A DNA stretch of 64,000 bases, taken from Podarcis cretensis. Lineage: Eukaryota. The stretch lies in NCBI GenBank assembly GCA_951804945.1, contig OX638153.1, positions 59,458,001-59,522,000 on the forward strand, given 5' to 3'. Of the stretch, positions 25,601 to 35,359 are shown piece by piece (position 1 is the first letter of the stretch; each line of letters opens with the position of its first letter). Under the pieces are notes generated by a model. It saw nothing but the letters and a program-made list of their open reading frames with translations, searched no databases and had not been told where the DNA came from. The translations under genes and the position numbers were made by a program.

Positions 25601-28600
25601 TTGGCAATACAGGCATTCTCCCCCTACTCTTGGCTCCTCAGACCTATTTTAAAAAATTCATCTGATGACCGGTAAGTGGTTGCACACAAGCATAAAATAC
25701 CTAACACTATGACCAAAGAAACAGCAAGAGGACATTCTGAAAGGGAAACTGCAAGGTTACTGAACACTTAAGATCCCCCATTTCATAAGACATTCAGCGG
25801 TGCAGAACCATAGATCAGACTGCCACTAATCATGTGTTCTTGGGATTGCAGATATTATTATGATTATGATTATTGAAAGTTAACGATGAATATGCTACCC
25901 ACATAGCTCTGGACCACAGCATGGTAAGGAGGTTCCTGTCAAGCCACTCAGGGATGGACACTGCTAAGGCTCTGAAACTAGCTTATACTGTACACATTTG
26001 GGAAAACTTAGGCAGGAGTCTCAGTATTCCAGGAGAGTCATACCATTAAGTCAAACCCTCCCTCCATGTGCCACCCTAAAATCCATAATCCTCTTGAAAG
26101 TACAAAGTACATTACTCCTTACTGCTTCGGTAAGGCACTGCCTTCCATCTTCACTCTCTTCCAAACATTTAACTGCTTTCTAACAGAAAGTTAGAGCTTT
26201 CAATAAACCTGAGTTCACCCCAGTTACTCAGCAAAGAAGCATATGGCATGTCATAAACCACTGAGTCATTGAATCCTGCCTGCCTAACCTCCTGCTGCTA
26301 ATCACTACCTCAGGCATGATCCCTTGAAAGCTGAGGCCAGCTCCTGAAGCAGCACTCTCCATGGTTGCAAAAGAGTGAGGACTGAGCCCATATGTCCTAC
26401 CTTCCCGCTCTTGAAGGAGGGAGTAGCATTGCAGGAGGACTTCAGAAAGCGTTTGGATGCCCTGTGCACGCATTCGAGGATCTGCATTCTTAAGAGGAGA
26501 CCTGTATTTATAGACACAAAATGAAGATTTTACAGGCCATAGCAGGAAGAGAAGACAGTGAAATATGCTGTTTTAGCGAGTTTGTTGGGGGGGGGGCAAA
26601 GAGAGACAATATTCTGATTTAATTTGACGATTCAGTTAAGTGATCAGTTTCTCTTCCTTTTGCTCAGGGCTTCATAAATTATGGGCCAACATAAAAGTGA
26701 TTAGGAGAAAGGCTGTAGCTCAGTGGAAGAGCACTTGCTGTGCAGGCAGAAGGTCCCAAGTTCAATCCCCGGCTTCTCCAGGTAAGGCTGGGAAAAACTC
26801 CCTGCCTGAAACCCTAGAATGCCAATGCAAGACACTGTCAACAATACTGGGCTAGATGGACCAATGATCTGACTCTGCCCAAGGCAGGTTCCTATATCCC
26901 TACATTATGTGTTTGGCTTCCTCCCTTTTGTCCAGGGCATCATGATTTATTGGCTGGTTTGGGCTAGTTTAGCTTTAGGGAAATGGAGCCTAGGCCCCAC
27001 CAGGCTCACATGCTCCATCATCTGACCATTGTCTGGGCAACAGGAGTTCAGAAGCTTTGGCTTCTCTTCTTGATTAACTACAAGCTCGCTGCATCACTTA
27101 AACCTTGACAAACTGTGGTTAATCTTCACTGTGGGAAGTGGAAACAAGCCAGCTTCAAATCACAGTTAATGAAGTTGGCTTGTTTTCACTAACTATTAAG
27201 ATTAACTACAGTTTTGGGTTCACATGACATACTAAACCATGATTAATCTAAAACTGAAGTGAAAGTTTTCAATCAAGTGGTGACTGTGCCGGATGAGGCA
27301 TGGGGGACAGGTAGTGTGAAGTCTGTGGGGAGGCTAGGCTCAATCTAAATTGATTTGCTTATTTATTTTTAATTTGTACTTATAGCCCACTCTTCACCAA
27401 ATGGCCCCAAAAGTATCTCAATTAAAGCAATATCTGAATGCAACCTATGACTTGGATTTTGTAGCCAACCACTTTGTCATGGTAGCCTGTGCTGATGTCT
27501 AACCCTGCCGCAATATGCTCAGCATCAGCTACTGGCACATTACTGCCGATGGAAGACTGCTATACAGTTTGGTGTAGTGTGTGGTGTAGTGGTTAAGAGC
27601 GGTAGTCTTGTAATCTGGGGAACCGGGTTTGAGTCTCCGCTCCTCCACATGCAGCTGGTGGGTGACCTTGGGCCAGTCACACTTCTCTGAAGTCTCTCAG
27701 CCCCACTTACCTCACAGAGTGTTTGTTGTGGGGGAGGAAGGGAAAGGAGAATGTTAGCCGCTTTGAGACTCCTGAAGGGGAGTGAAAGGCGGGATATCAA
27801 ATCCAAACTCTTCTTCTTCTTCTTCTTCTTTAAAGTAGGGATCAGGGAGCTGTGGCCTTCTAGTTGTTCTAAGACCTAACCCTAACCCTAGACTCTCACA
27901 CATCCAGTCTCAGCCAGGATGGGCCATGGTCAGGGATGATGAAGGCTGCTGTGGTCCAACAACACTGGAGAGCCAAACGTTTGCAATTGTTTAAAGAACA
28001 CTGACGTGTCAATATATTCTTCTTTGCTCTGTTCTGGTCCACCACAGAGGTGCTCTTCACTCAACAGACTGCTTCCTTGCAATGAGCAATGACTACATCT
28101 GGCAGTCTGACCATCAGGATAAGAAAGGGAGTTTTCATTTTTCCCTTTCAGGCTGATTCCCACCAGAGCAATATACTCATATTAGGAATGTGAAGGGAGT
28201 GTGGAGGGAGAGCATTTGAGAGAATAACTACTTGTCTAGTAAATTTGTGGTCAAGGTAAAATTTAACCAATGATTTCCTGGCTTGCAATCCAAATTTAAC
28301 CTCTATGCTACATTGAGAGGAGGGCTCATCACCACCATTTAACGCAGCCACCAGCCTAGGCCAAACATCTACCCATTAGAGTGCCCTGCAGTTTACCTGG
28401 TTGGCTAAATGGAGGCGCTAGCAACTGCTCTGCCAACAATATGTACACCTAACTGCCAGATTGCAAGGGAAATACTGGGAAGACATGAAAGCATGTAGGC
28501 CAAAACCTTGAGTTATGCACTGTAGCTGAAATTCATCCCAATGTCAGGGAAGCAAAATGTTACACATTATCACCACCAAATCCATAATGCTATTCCAAAG

Positions 28601-31600
28601 TTTCAGGATACCCTAATCATGTAAGTCATTTTATCTGAGTGGAATTTTGCCCAGCATGGACAAAGGGCATCCATCAGGCGCCAGGCATTAAGCACTGAAC
28701 AACAAAATTCTAATGTTGTTGCAGTAGTGCAAAGAGTCATCCTCGACACTGGCATACATACATCCCAGAGCAGTAAGCTCTTACTTACTTACTTACCCCA
28801 AGTTTTCAACAACATCTAAGATGGTGCAGGTCCCAGCTTTCACTCCTAAGAAAAAGGAAGTATCAAAAGGTTAAATCACGATAGGTAGATAGTTACACCA
28901 AACTAAGCAGCGCTTCTTAAAACAAATTTAGACATGGGAATCCATGTTTCAGGTACAGTGCAACTTGCCTTTCTTGTTTGTACAGCTCAGAGGCAGAGCA
29001 CATGATCTGCATACAGAAGGTCCCAAATTTCCTTCCAGGCATATCCGGTTAAATGGACCTTTTGCTTGTATGGAGCAATGGCTCAACTGGTATAAGGCAG
29101 TTTCTTATACTTCTTATCACAAATTGAAAAGCATTTAATCTACAGGAAGAGGAGTGGGAAGATGCATTTGCTTCCCCACTACAGTGCTCTCCCCCCACCA
29201 CGAGCAAGCAACACCGTGCTAGTCTGTCTGTCCTAGTCTTTTGAAAATGGAAGGGTTAGCTAAGATTCCTTGCAGTGCTTCTTCCAGCCAGGAAAATAAT
29301 AACCAAGAAGCATACTGCCTCTCTTGGCTAACGGTAGATAACCATGTGGTCTCCAAATGTTCTAGACTAAAATTCCCATTACCCCTAACCATTAGGCATG
29401 CTGGATGGGACAGATGGAATCCATAAATTTTAGGAAGTGTCAGGGTGCCTACCCCTGCTCTAGGCCCTTAGTGAGACAGGCAACCTTTCCCAACTATTTG
29501 TAAAGAGGTCTACTTGCAAAAGTGAATGGCAAAGGAACATCAGTTCTCAAGCTAGTACTGACACATCTCTGAGATACTGTGCAGTTCATTTAATTTATAT
29601 GCCTTGGACCAAGTAAGACTTAATTAAGCAGGTGCTCATACAGCTACTTAAAAGCTTATCAAGTGCTACAGAAATCACAAAGACAGCATACAGAAGCAGA
29701 GCAACAACTGCTGGCAGTGAGCAAGGCACAGTTGACTTAGTTAGCTTTTCGTCTGGGGATGGTGCATTCTCCAGGGAAAGTAGCCTGCCAGATCACTATT
29801 CAAACAACCTCTTACACAAGCAAAAATGCATGTGTTTGTGACTCAAGGCAAACATTGCTTAACCCTGTCCCCAACCCTAAACAGTGGCATAATACACTTT
29901 CTTTTTACACCAGAGGAAAAAGCCCCGGTCAGCTTCTGTCCTAATCAACCTTGTGATTAGCAGTTCATGGGTAGCTGCCCTCCTTTGCTCAATTCACTTG
30001 AGCACTCACCTGCATTCCCAGTGACAAAGAGGAAAGGGCACCTGTCATTATACTGCACTGTGTTGCTGCATCCCTGCTGCTGGCAACTCCAAACATGGGG
30101 ACTTTACATCCCTGCAGGAGTCCAGGAGCAGTGAGTTGGCTGCATCGGGAGAGCCCTTATCGCAAAGGGCTGTAATGAGCCTGAAAAGGCACTGGCTGCT
30201 TGGGTCTGTGGAGCTGTATGTCTTTGCCACTTGAGTGCTCACTTAAGGACAACAGCTGCTTGACCTCAGATTATGGCTGTGATGATAAACACACTTATTA
30301 GAAAGTAAACCCAAAGAGTCCAATGAGACTTATTTCTGAGTAAGTTTGCTTAAAATTACACTATATAGCCAATACATTTTATATCTAAAGCTTCCCAAAA
30401 CTTCAAATGACGTTAGTCATCTGCTCCCCTAGTGACGTTATGTATGTATGCATGCATGCATCTCTGGACCATTTGCCTATGTTGCACAGCTTAATTTGTA
30501 GAGTTGCACAATACATTTTAAATGATGCAAAATTTCATCCAGATGCAGAAGATTTATTTCAAAACATTTATATACCACTTGATGGCAGAAAAATCTCAAA
30601 GTGGTTTACAAAAAGAAGTTCTACCACTGAAATTTAAACTGCCACCCACTTTTCACAAATTTCAATGTTTAAATTGAATTCTGAAAACTTATTTTAAGTT
30701 ATTCCAAAGCTCAAGTTCAGAAACTGCAAATCAAGAAGCCAGTGGCAACCATCCCATCCCAGCTGAGCAGTTCTCAAATTACCTCATTAGCAGTGGGGAG
30801 AGCTGTCCAGCAGCCTCCTTCGTTTTCCCTAGATAAAGGCATGAAACAACCTGTCGCTTGAAAATACTATCTCTCTTACAATTAGAATGGGGAGGTGGGA
30901 GGAGACAGCACGGGAGTACAGAATATCTTCAATCAAGTTTGGCACAATTTGTTAAAACATCTGATAGAGTGCTGAAAGAGCAGCATGAATGAACCAATTA
31001 TAAATCCTGCATTCTATTCTTTTTATCAGCATCTCACTCTCAAAAGTACAAGGCGTACTAATTAAAGAGCTGCAAGATTTATTTTCTTAGGAAACCATTC
31101 TGAAAGCCAGGAGAACCATATTTCCAAGAACACCTCTATACTTGAAGGCTGGCCCAGAATCTAATTTGGAGAGCCTGTGTTGCTTAAAAGGAAGGTTGTT
31201 TAAAAGTTACTGCACTCCTGTCCTCTTCTCAGCTGTATCTGGGGCAAGTTCAGATGTGTTAACTATGTTCAGTATATCATTATTCCCATTAGTAAAGGTG
31301 GTGTCCCGTATGCATACACATTGGATGCCAAAATGAGCCCAAAGAGAAGGCAGTGACAGGTTCTTATATACTGGGGGACCCTGAGATATGCAAGACAATA
31401 TTGGGTTTGTCTTTAAAGATCCTCAGCTCTTCCAAAACACAAGCAGGGTTCAAGGGCTGCACATGCACACTGCCCCCATGCTGCTCTGCAACACTGGCAA
31501 CAGAAAGCAGCACACAGAAACACAATGCCCATAGCCTCTGGAGTTGGGAGTTAACTGTGTTTAGTTATATGGGTTACCGTAACTTGCCTTCATGTGGAAA

Positions 31601-32659
31601 CATGGTAAAGCAGCTCTTCATACAGCTGCAGCTACATCATGATGGATTCCTAAGTGGCTATCACACCACAAATAGTCATCTGAATTATGATAAACTACCT
31701 ATATTTTCTTATAAAACGTTAAGTAAACAAGCCAGTGTTTCTAGGAAGAAAAGTATGCCTCTTCATGATGATGGAAACTCAAGAACACTTCAAAATCCTT
31801 TAACAGTCTTTAAATGATTCGTTCTTCTCTTGTATTTTTAAGGTAGCTTGGGTGATTAAGGGTTAGGTTTCCCTATCTTTTCATAGTTTTACAGTAGAGG
31901 CAAAGGAAATAGATTAATGAATGGTAGAAAAGAACAGGTCAAGGAAACAGGAAATTATATTGAATATGCCCAGGTCCGTAGGCTCTCTGTTGATCTGATC
32001 CCCTGGAAAAGTACATTCCTGCAAACACACATATGGTTTTATCTCTAGTCAGCCTTGCCTACAGCAGCCTCCTCATACCCAACCTCAACACACGCGTCCA
32101 GCTCATTATCGTCTCTGAAATAATCTTCAGGAGGCGAAACAGCTCGTTACTTTGCCCCTAATTAATGCCGTGCGTCACACTGCCTCGCCCGATCCACACC
32201 CTGCATGCGCCCACCGTTACCGCATGCCCGACTAGCCCAAATTAATGTCAGTACGTCTGATCCCGATGTGGGTGGATGGAATGAAGTTAGGCAGAGGCAC
32301 TCTGCACACGCCCAGAGAATCTCGTTTGCATTCCTTTACACACTCCCCCGAATGAATTCCGACAGTGAATTCCGATCTTGAGCATAGATCCAACTGGGCG
32401 ATCTTTCTCCCTGACACCTAAGCTCACCTCCTCCTCCTCCGTCCCCGCAGACGACCCCTCGAACCGCAGTTTCGGTTCCCCTCTCGCCCCGCCCGCGGCA
32501 CTGCCGGATCCCGCCGCCTGCTCCGCGGCCCCGGCCTCTGCCCCCCGCCCCATCCCCACACGCACCTTCCGCCGCCTCTCTGGCCGCGCCTTCCCGCTCC
32601 CAGCCCGGCAACAGGGACGCGTCCGCCCCCACGTCCACCTCAGCCCCTCCGGCCGCCAT
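10594..32659 (-). CDS. MMS19: MMS19 cytosolic iron-sulfur assembly (CIA) targeting component, full spliced CDS (31 exons, 3063 nt, 1020 aa)
   Basis: 31 exons with canonical GT..AG boundaries and consistent phases. Motifs DGEKDPRNLL, FEVTSCYFPIDF, EPDMKLVWPSAKLL, MFRQRFF and LDDKKRLVRKEAVAARGEW match recalled human MMS19. Confidence 0.97.
10683..11100 (-). mobile_element. Decayed L1-like 3' remnant in the last MMS19 intron
   Basis: AT-rich; shares the ttgacttccc..ccatccct 3'UTR motif with the two L1-like copies. Confidence 0.45.
11182..11282 (-). CDS. MMS19: MMS19 exon 30
   Basis: VIPYKPRVIRALAKPLDDKKRLVRKEAVAARGEW. Confidence 0.97.
11440..11499 (-). CDS. MMS19: MMS19 exon 29
   Basis: AIRIAALQCLHALASLPTPV. 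Confidence 0.96.
11592..11756 (-). CDS. MMS19: MMS19 exon 28
   Basis: LLPLLLEALSCPDLVVQLSTLHCLQPLLLEAPHVMSLHVDTLVGKFISLTNNPAM. Confidence 0.97.
12020..12102 (-). CDS. MMS19: MMS19 exon 27
   Basis: DVKANYLKGLSHILNHLPKPVLVTELPT. Confidence 0.97.
12583..12769 (-). CDS. MMS19: MMS19 exon 26
   Basis: LLILLGDTVLGPAVGDGLALLMADSPDVL...MFRQRFFTECVPQLVQGFHTAAP. Confidence 0.97.
12855..12911 (-). CDS. MMS19: MMS19 exon 25
   Basis: VSKALLLRYHPLTTHLTDK. Confidence 0.96.
12989..13089 (-). CDS. MMS19: MMS19 exon 24
   Basis: GPQLDELLELAMNKLEHGLNEGPHQSQALTLLLW. Confidence 0.96.
13241..13367 (-). CDS. MMS19: MMS19 exon 23
   Basis: VPIPQQDRLLRELLALSCSCDCPFTATAAAKCFAGLVNKHPA. Confidence 0.96.
13551..13628 (-). 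CDS. MMS19: MMS19 exon 22
   Basis: DGQCLMAAQRRLVALLMAFVCSLPRN. Confidence 0.96.
13720..13822 (-). CDS. MMS19: MMS19 exon 21
   Basis: QAAQSVSKVVPLFLDGDLSFQPGNTFPSTFQPFQ. Confidence 0.95.
14192..14291 (-). CDS. MMS19: MMS19 exon 20
   Basis: ENSHTLPSSVLLKEEALSAMVSVISSACTHLRP. Confidence 0.94.
14382..14622 (+). mobile_element. tRNA-derived SINE (Squam3-like)
   Basis: A box TGGTGTAGTGG, B box GGTTCACGTCT; near-identical to 27577-27830; short TSD CTTTCAG. Confidence 0.85.
14817..14972 (-). CDS. MMS19: MMS19 exon 19
   Basis: GSIPADTHSVVSVCQSLQQVAFECQQDAQSYWYFHQAVVPFLVGLAVKAAMQ. Confidence 0.95.
15363..15510 (-). mobile_element. Short tRNA-head / CR1-tail SINE
   Basis: AGCTCAGTTGGTTAAAG head joined to a CR1-like GGGTCCCTTCCAAC tail; relatives at 11785-11915 and about 61020-61155. 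Confidence 0.65.
15723..15854 (-). CDS. MMS19: MMS19 exon 18
   Basis: ELQEDSNPSQQERRLQALAAVSTHPSIVRETVPVLLQHFQQIQQ. Confidence 0.93.
16195..16292 (-). CDS. MMS19: MMS19 exon 17
   Basis: SMVAMEAAGRLAPLYPQAFSKCLVQKFSEGLQS; weak donor gtacag. Confidence 0.92.
16550..17120 (+). mobile_element. Possible decayed L1/Tx1 ORF2 C-terminal remnant
   Basis: A-rich; ESLDLFGNCPVTRRF resembles the ExxxHLFxxCP motif. Confidence 0.3.
17208..17289 (-). CDS. MMS19: MMS19 exon 16
   Basis: GLLTLSNVEMFVDHLTKLILHEDDSQT. Confidence 0.95.
17608..17733 (-). CDS. MMS19: MMS19 exon 15
   Basis: DKSPLLCFKDALCSVVFSALSESSVQLQLVGIRILTFLGSLQ. Confidence 0.96.
18588..18666 (-). CDS. MMS19: MMS19 exon 14
   Basis: SSQHRTILEVLLGFLELRQQWGPEED. 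Confidence 0.96.
18885..19039 (-). CDS. MMS19: MMS19 exon 13
   Basis: DCRHHLCEPDMKLVWPSAKLLQAAAGAS...EQYTKHEQ. Confidence 0.97.
19119..19472. mobile_element. Tc1/mariner-type MITE, family A
   Basis: TIR CAGTGGTGCCTCGCAAGACGAA; TA TSD; internal TCGTCTTGCG repeats. Confidence 0.9.
19733..19871 (-). CDS. MMS19: MMS19 exon 12
   Basis: VFQTASEKIEAEGLSALRALSTCLSRLVLSSDDEDLLDSFLTGILR. Confidence 0.97.
20060..20305. mobile_element. pogo/Tigger-like MITE, family C
   Basis: TIRs CTCTATTGGTCCGAATATAAGCC / GGCTTATATTCAGGCCAATGCAG, flanked by TA. Confidence 0.75.
20310..20526. mobile_element. Tc1/mariner-type MITE, family B
   Basis: TIR CAGTGGTACCTCGGGTTA; TA TSD; TAACCTGAAG repeats. Confidence 0.9.
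20635..20712 (-). CDS. MMS19: MMS19 exon 11
   Basis: NAACMIYGEKELKEFLPSLWSSLRRE. Confidence 0.97.
20927..21001 (-). CDS. MMS19: MMS19 exon 10
   Basis: FLIPLLIEKMDSDVQSAKLDSLQTL. Confidence 0.97.
22153..22212. repeat. (TATG)n(TAT)n compound microsatellite
   Basis: Seen directly. Confidence 0.95.
22350..22436 (-). CDS. MMS19: MMS19 exon 9
   Basis: PSNDPHGIQREDLIISLRAVLTSTPIFAE. Confidence 0.97.
22596..22657 (-). CDS. MMS19: MMS19 exon 8
   Basis: GPFAEELFEVTSCYFPIDFTP. Confidence 0.97.
22772..22820. repeat. (AG)n/(AGAA)n purine tract
   Basis: Seen directly. Confidence 0.9.
23015..23143 (-). CDS. MMS19: MMS19 exon 7
   Basis: ELKGLGADFTFGFIQVMDGEKDPRNLLIAFQIVRDIIVKGYAL. Confidence 0.97.
23231..23300 (-). 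CDS. MMS19: MMS19 exon 6
   Basis: SLLQADRHTIYSIITNFMSNREA. Confidence 0.96.
23707..24027. mobile_element. MITE family A with a damaged left TIR
   Basis: Homologous to 19119 and 45823; right TIR ends ACTACTG-TA. Confidence 0.85.
24652..24726 (-). CDS. MMS19: MMS19 exon 5
   Basis: SMCVALAPGLAVSVLKAIFQEVHVQ. Confidence 0.96.
25363..25448 (-). CDS. MMS19: MMS19 exon 4
   Basis: VSHLVLFYENRLKDHHLVISSVLQGLKAL. Confidence 0.96.
26401..26501 (-). CDS. MMS19: MMS19 exon 3
   Basis: SPLKNADPRMRAQGIQTLSEVLLQCYSLLQERE. Confidence 0.95.
26703..26900 (+). mobile_element. tRNA-derived SINE (GCTCAGTGG..GGTCCCAGGTTCAA family)
   Basis: A/B boxes; relatives near 15290-15597 (-), 28980, 38830, 49375, 53290 (-) and 60783. 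Confidence 0.7.
27577..27830 (+). mobile_element. tRNA-derived SINE (Squam3-like) with (CTT)n tail
   Basis: Near-identical to 14382-14622; older relatives at about 53975-54312 (-), 59150-59355 (+) and 63655-63845 (-). Confidence 0.85.
28797..28845 (-). CDS. MMS19: MMS19 exon 2
   Basis: GVKAGTCTILDVVENLG; 49 nt. Confidence 0.92.
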
Positions 32660-33060
32660 GATAAAGCGGAGAATAGCAAGGCAGGCGAGAAGCGCACAGC
32701 GCGCGTGCGCGTCCCCTCTGTCACGTGTGAAAACGACAGGGGCAAAGTGGGCATCACGTGGCAAGAGGCCACTCCAGCAACGGGCGCAGTTCGCGGGGAG
32801 GGCCGTGGAAAGGCAGGGACGCAGCCCGAAGGGAGGCGGCGGGCAGGCCCGTCAAAGGTCAGGGCGGGCCCCTTAGGCTGGGTCACAGAAGGGGTGGGTT
32901 TTGCTTTGCGTTAAGAGGGCGCGCAACACGCGGGAAGCGCAGAAGTGAAGCTCGATGCGGCTTCACACAACCATCCCTCCGATGCGAACAGGCTTCCACG
33001 CGCTCGAAGAAGGGGGAGGAAAGCGCTGCGTTGCGTCTGCTGGAGACGTAGAGGCTCTTC
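32090..33060 (-). promoter_or_regulatory. CpG island / MMS19 promoter
   Basis: Very GC- and CpG-rich. NRF1-like GCGCGTGCGC 32701-32710, two CACGTG E-boxes (32722-32727, 32755-32760), YY1-like ATGGCGG over the start codon, GC boxes. Confidence 0.85.
32566..32659 (-). CDS. MMS19: MMS19 exon 1
   Basis: ATG in CpG island; MAAGGAEVDVGADASLLPGWEREGAAREAAE; donor AG|GTGCGT in phase 1, matching exon 2; weakly similar to the human N-terminus. Confidence 0.85.
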
Positions 33061-35359
33061 ATTCTCGTAATGCCATCCCCGGATATACAAAGAATGCCAC
33101 ACGCACTTTTATGATTTTGTTATTAGAAACGGCGGCTTTGTGCCAAGATGCAGAATTGTTTTCCATTTGCTTTAGGAGGCCTAAAAATACCAGGCAAGAG
33201 GGCAAAACACGTGCATCCAAGGAAGGAAACACTCAGACCTCTGGTTTCTGTGAGGAAATCGTTTTAGCGATCCACGCTCCAAGTATAAATTATGGCAGCG
33301 GTTCTCACACGTATCCGCCCACCTGCCCGCGAACTGCAATGCACTTGGAGGAGGAGGAGGAATGCAGTGATCAGGACAGGGATCATTGTGGTTTGGTGTT
33401 AGTGGTGGAATGGATAGATCTCAGCATTCCGCTCCACCTATTTATCTTTCAGAAATCTGCTGTCTTTGCTGGTTATCATTGCCACCTTCATAAAGAAGTC
33501 CCACCTCCAGTGCTAAAGAATGAACAATTACAATACATTTCCAGTACATTTAATGCTTACAGTGGGCAAATGGTTAGGGTGTTTTTCAGTAGGATAAATA
33601 TGCACATCTAATCTTTTCCCCTGAGCAAAGGTCAGAGAAAGATTGCCCTCTGAACTAATGCAAGCACCAACACTAATGTTGTCTTGGCATTTACTAAAAA
33701 CTAATTAATTTTCTCAGGCCTTTGCTGGCTATTTATATATGTTGGTTTTATTTTTTTAACTTATGTCTGCCCTGGCCTATCAGCTGCTGCTTTATTTTAT
33801 ATTGTAATGTACCGGTATTTTTCATGTATTTTTTAAAAAATGTACACCATCTTGTGGTTTCAAATTAAAAAGAGCATGTAAAGATTTTAAATAAATAATG
33901 ACATTTGTTGCTTTTAAAATACATTATCCTTTTCTACAACAAAACAGTGCTTATTCCCAAGCAAATGTATTCTGCATCAGGGCAACACTATTCCTAAAGT
34001 TATGATGGTGCTATGATTTAAGTGCTCAAGTTTTCAAAAAGCAAAACTCTGCATGCTCTTTTTTATTTCTTTTTAGTATCTGGATTAGCAAAGTTTTCTC
34101 TCTCTTGCTTCAACATCATAGCAGTTGTAAGGCACCGGTGGCAGTTGGGGTGAGAAGAGGCATGTTAATTGTGTACTTCAACTGAGGTATACACACAACT
34201 ATCTATACCACACACACAACTCACACATACTTCAGAAAGGCCATTAAGTCCAAAAGGTCTGAAATTACCTAGCTGCACCACTTGCCAACGCAGCGTTGCC
34301 TTCAAAGGAAGAGTTATGAGATAAGAGATATAATGGAAGAAGTAGGATAGGTATGACATATCCAACACTCTTGATGGGACTAACAGCCTGAAAAAGTGAC
34401 ACCTGGATTTGAAAGTGTGTGACCCCATTTGAGGTTGGCCAGAATGGTAATTGACACCAGAGATCAGAACAAAATCCTGAACTTGCCAAGTCCTCTCTTC
34501 ATAGCATCCAGCATTATTATGTAACCATGGTCAGCTTTCCCAGTGGACACCTCTGCCGCACTAAGCTGGTTTCCCAGTGATAATCAAGGCCTAAGACTGA
34601 CAGGTCAGAGAGAGCATTAGTTCGATCATCACTCCTCAAAAGCAGATACACAACCTCTTTGCCGCCAGGCTGTAGCTATCTAAATTGTTCAACTAATACT
34701 GTACTAAATTATCATTAATATGTACATAAATATAACACGCTGCTTTACAGAGTAATAAAAGTAAAGACCAAAGTATTTCCCCAGCCCCATCATAGTAAAT
34801 TGAGGGCTGAGGTTTGAAAAGCTTCATGAAAAAGGCAGGTTTTTTTTAAAACAAACTGAGGGATTGGAAGGAAGGAAGGTGGCTCCCTTTCATGTTTTGA
34901 AAGGGAATCCTATGCACCCAGGGCAAAGGCGAGGCTCTTCCACTGCCCATAGGGTAGACTGCCATGTCAGTCTTGCTAAATCCAACTCCCATTCAGTACA
35001 ACAATAACATTGCCTGTTACAGATTATTGCTGGGCAAGCCAGCTCCTCTGCAAGGTAACAGGATTTTGGGATGCCAACCCCAGCAGGGCCGTCCAACTGC
35101 TCTGGTATTCATTGGCATATAAAGAGCCAGCCTTTGCAAATTATTATTATTATTAATTTCATTTCTATACCGTTTTATATTTTAAAGAAAAATCTCAAAG
35201 TGGTTTACAGAATATTAAAACATCAATAAAACAATCTGAAGAAAGTCAGATATAGAGTATACAGTCAAAGCAACATAATTAACAGAAAACTAAAATATTA
35301 TCTTAAAAGATTTCAAAATAAAACATTACAAATCTGGCTGCCCTAAATTGGGCCTGGAG

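Noticed and set aside
27875-27890. CCTAACCCTAACCCTA telomere-like repeat
   Set aside because: Fewer than 3 units, inside a decayed MITE; too short to call an interstitial telomeric site.
32287-32914. Several long overlapping ORFs in the MMS19 CpG island
   Set aside because: Expected stop-codon scarcity in GC-rich DNA; only 32566-32659 has splice and homology support.
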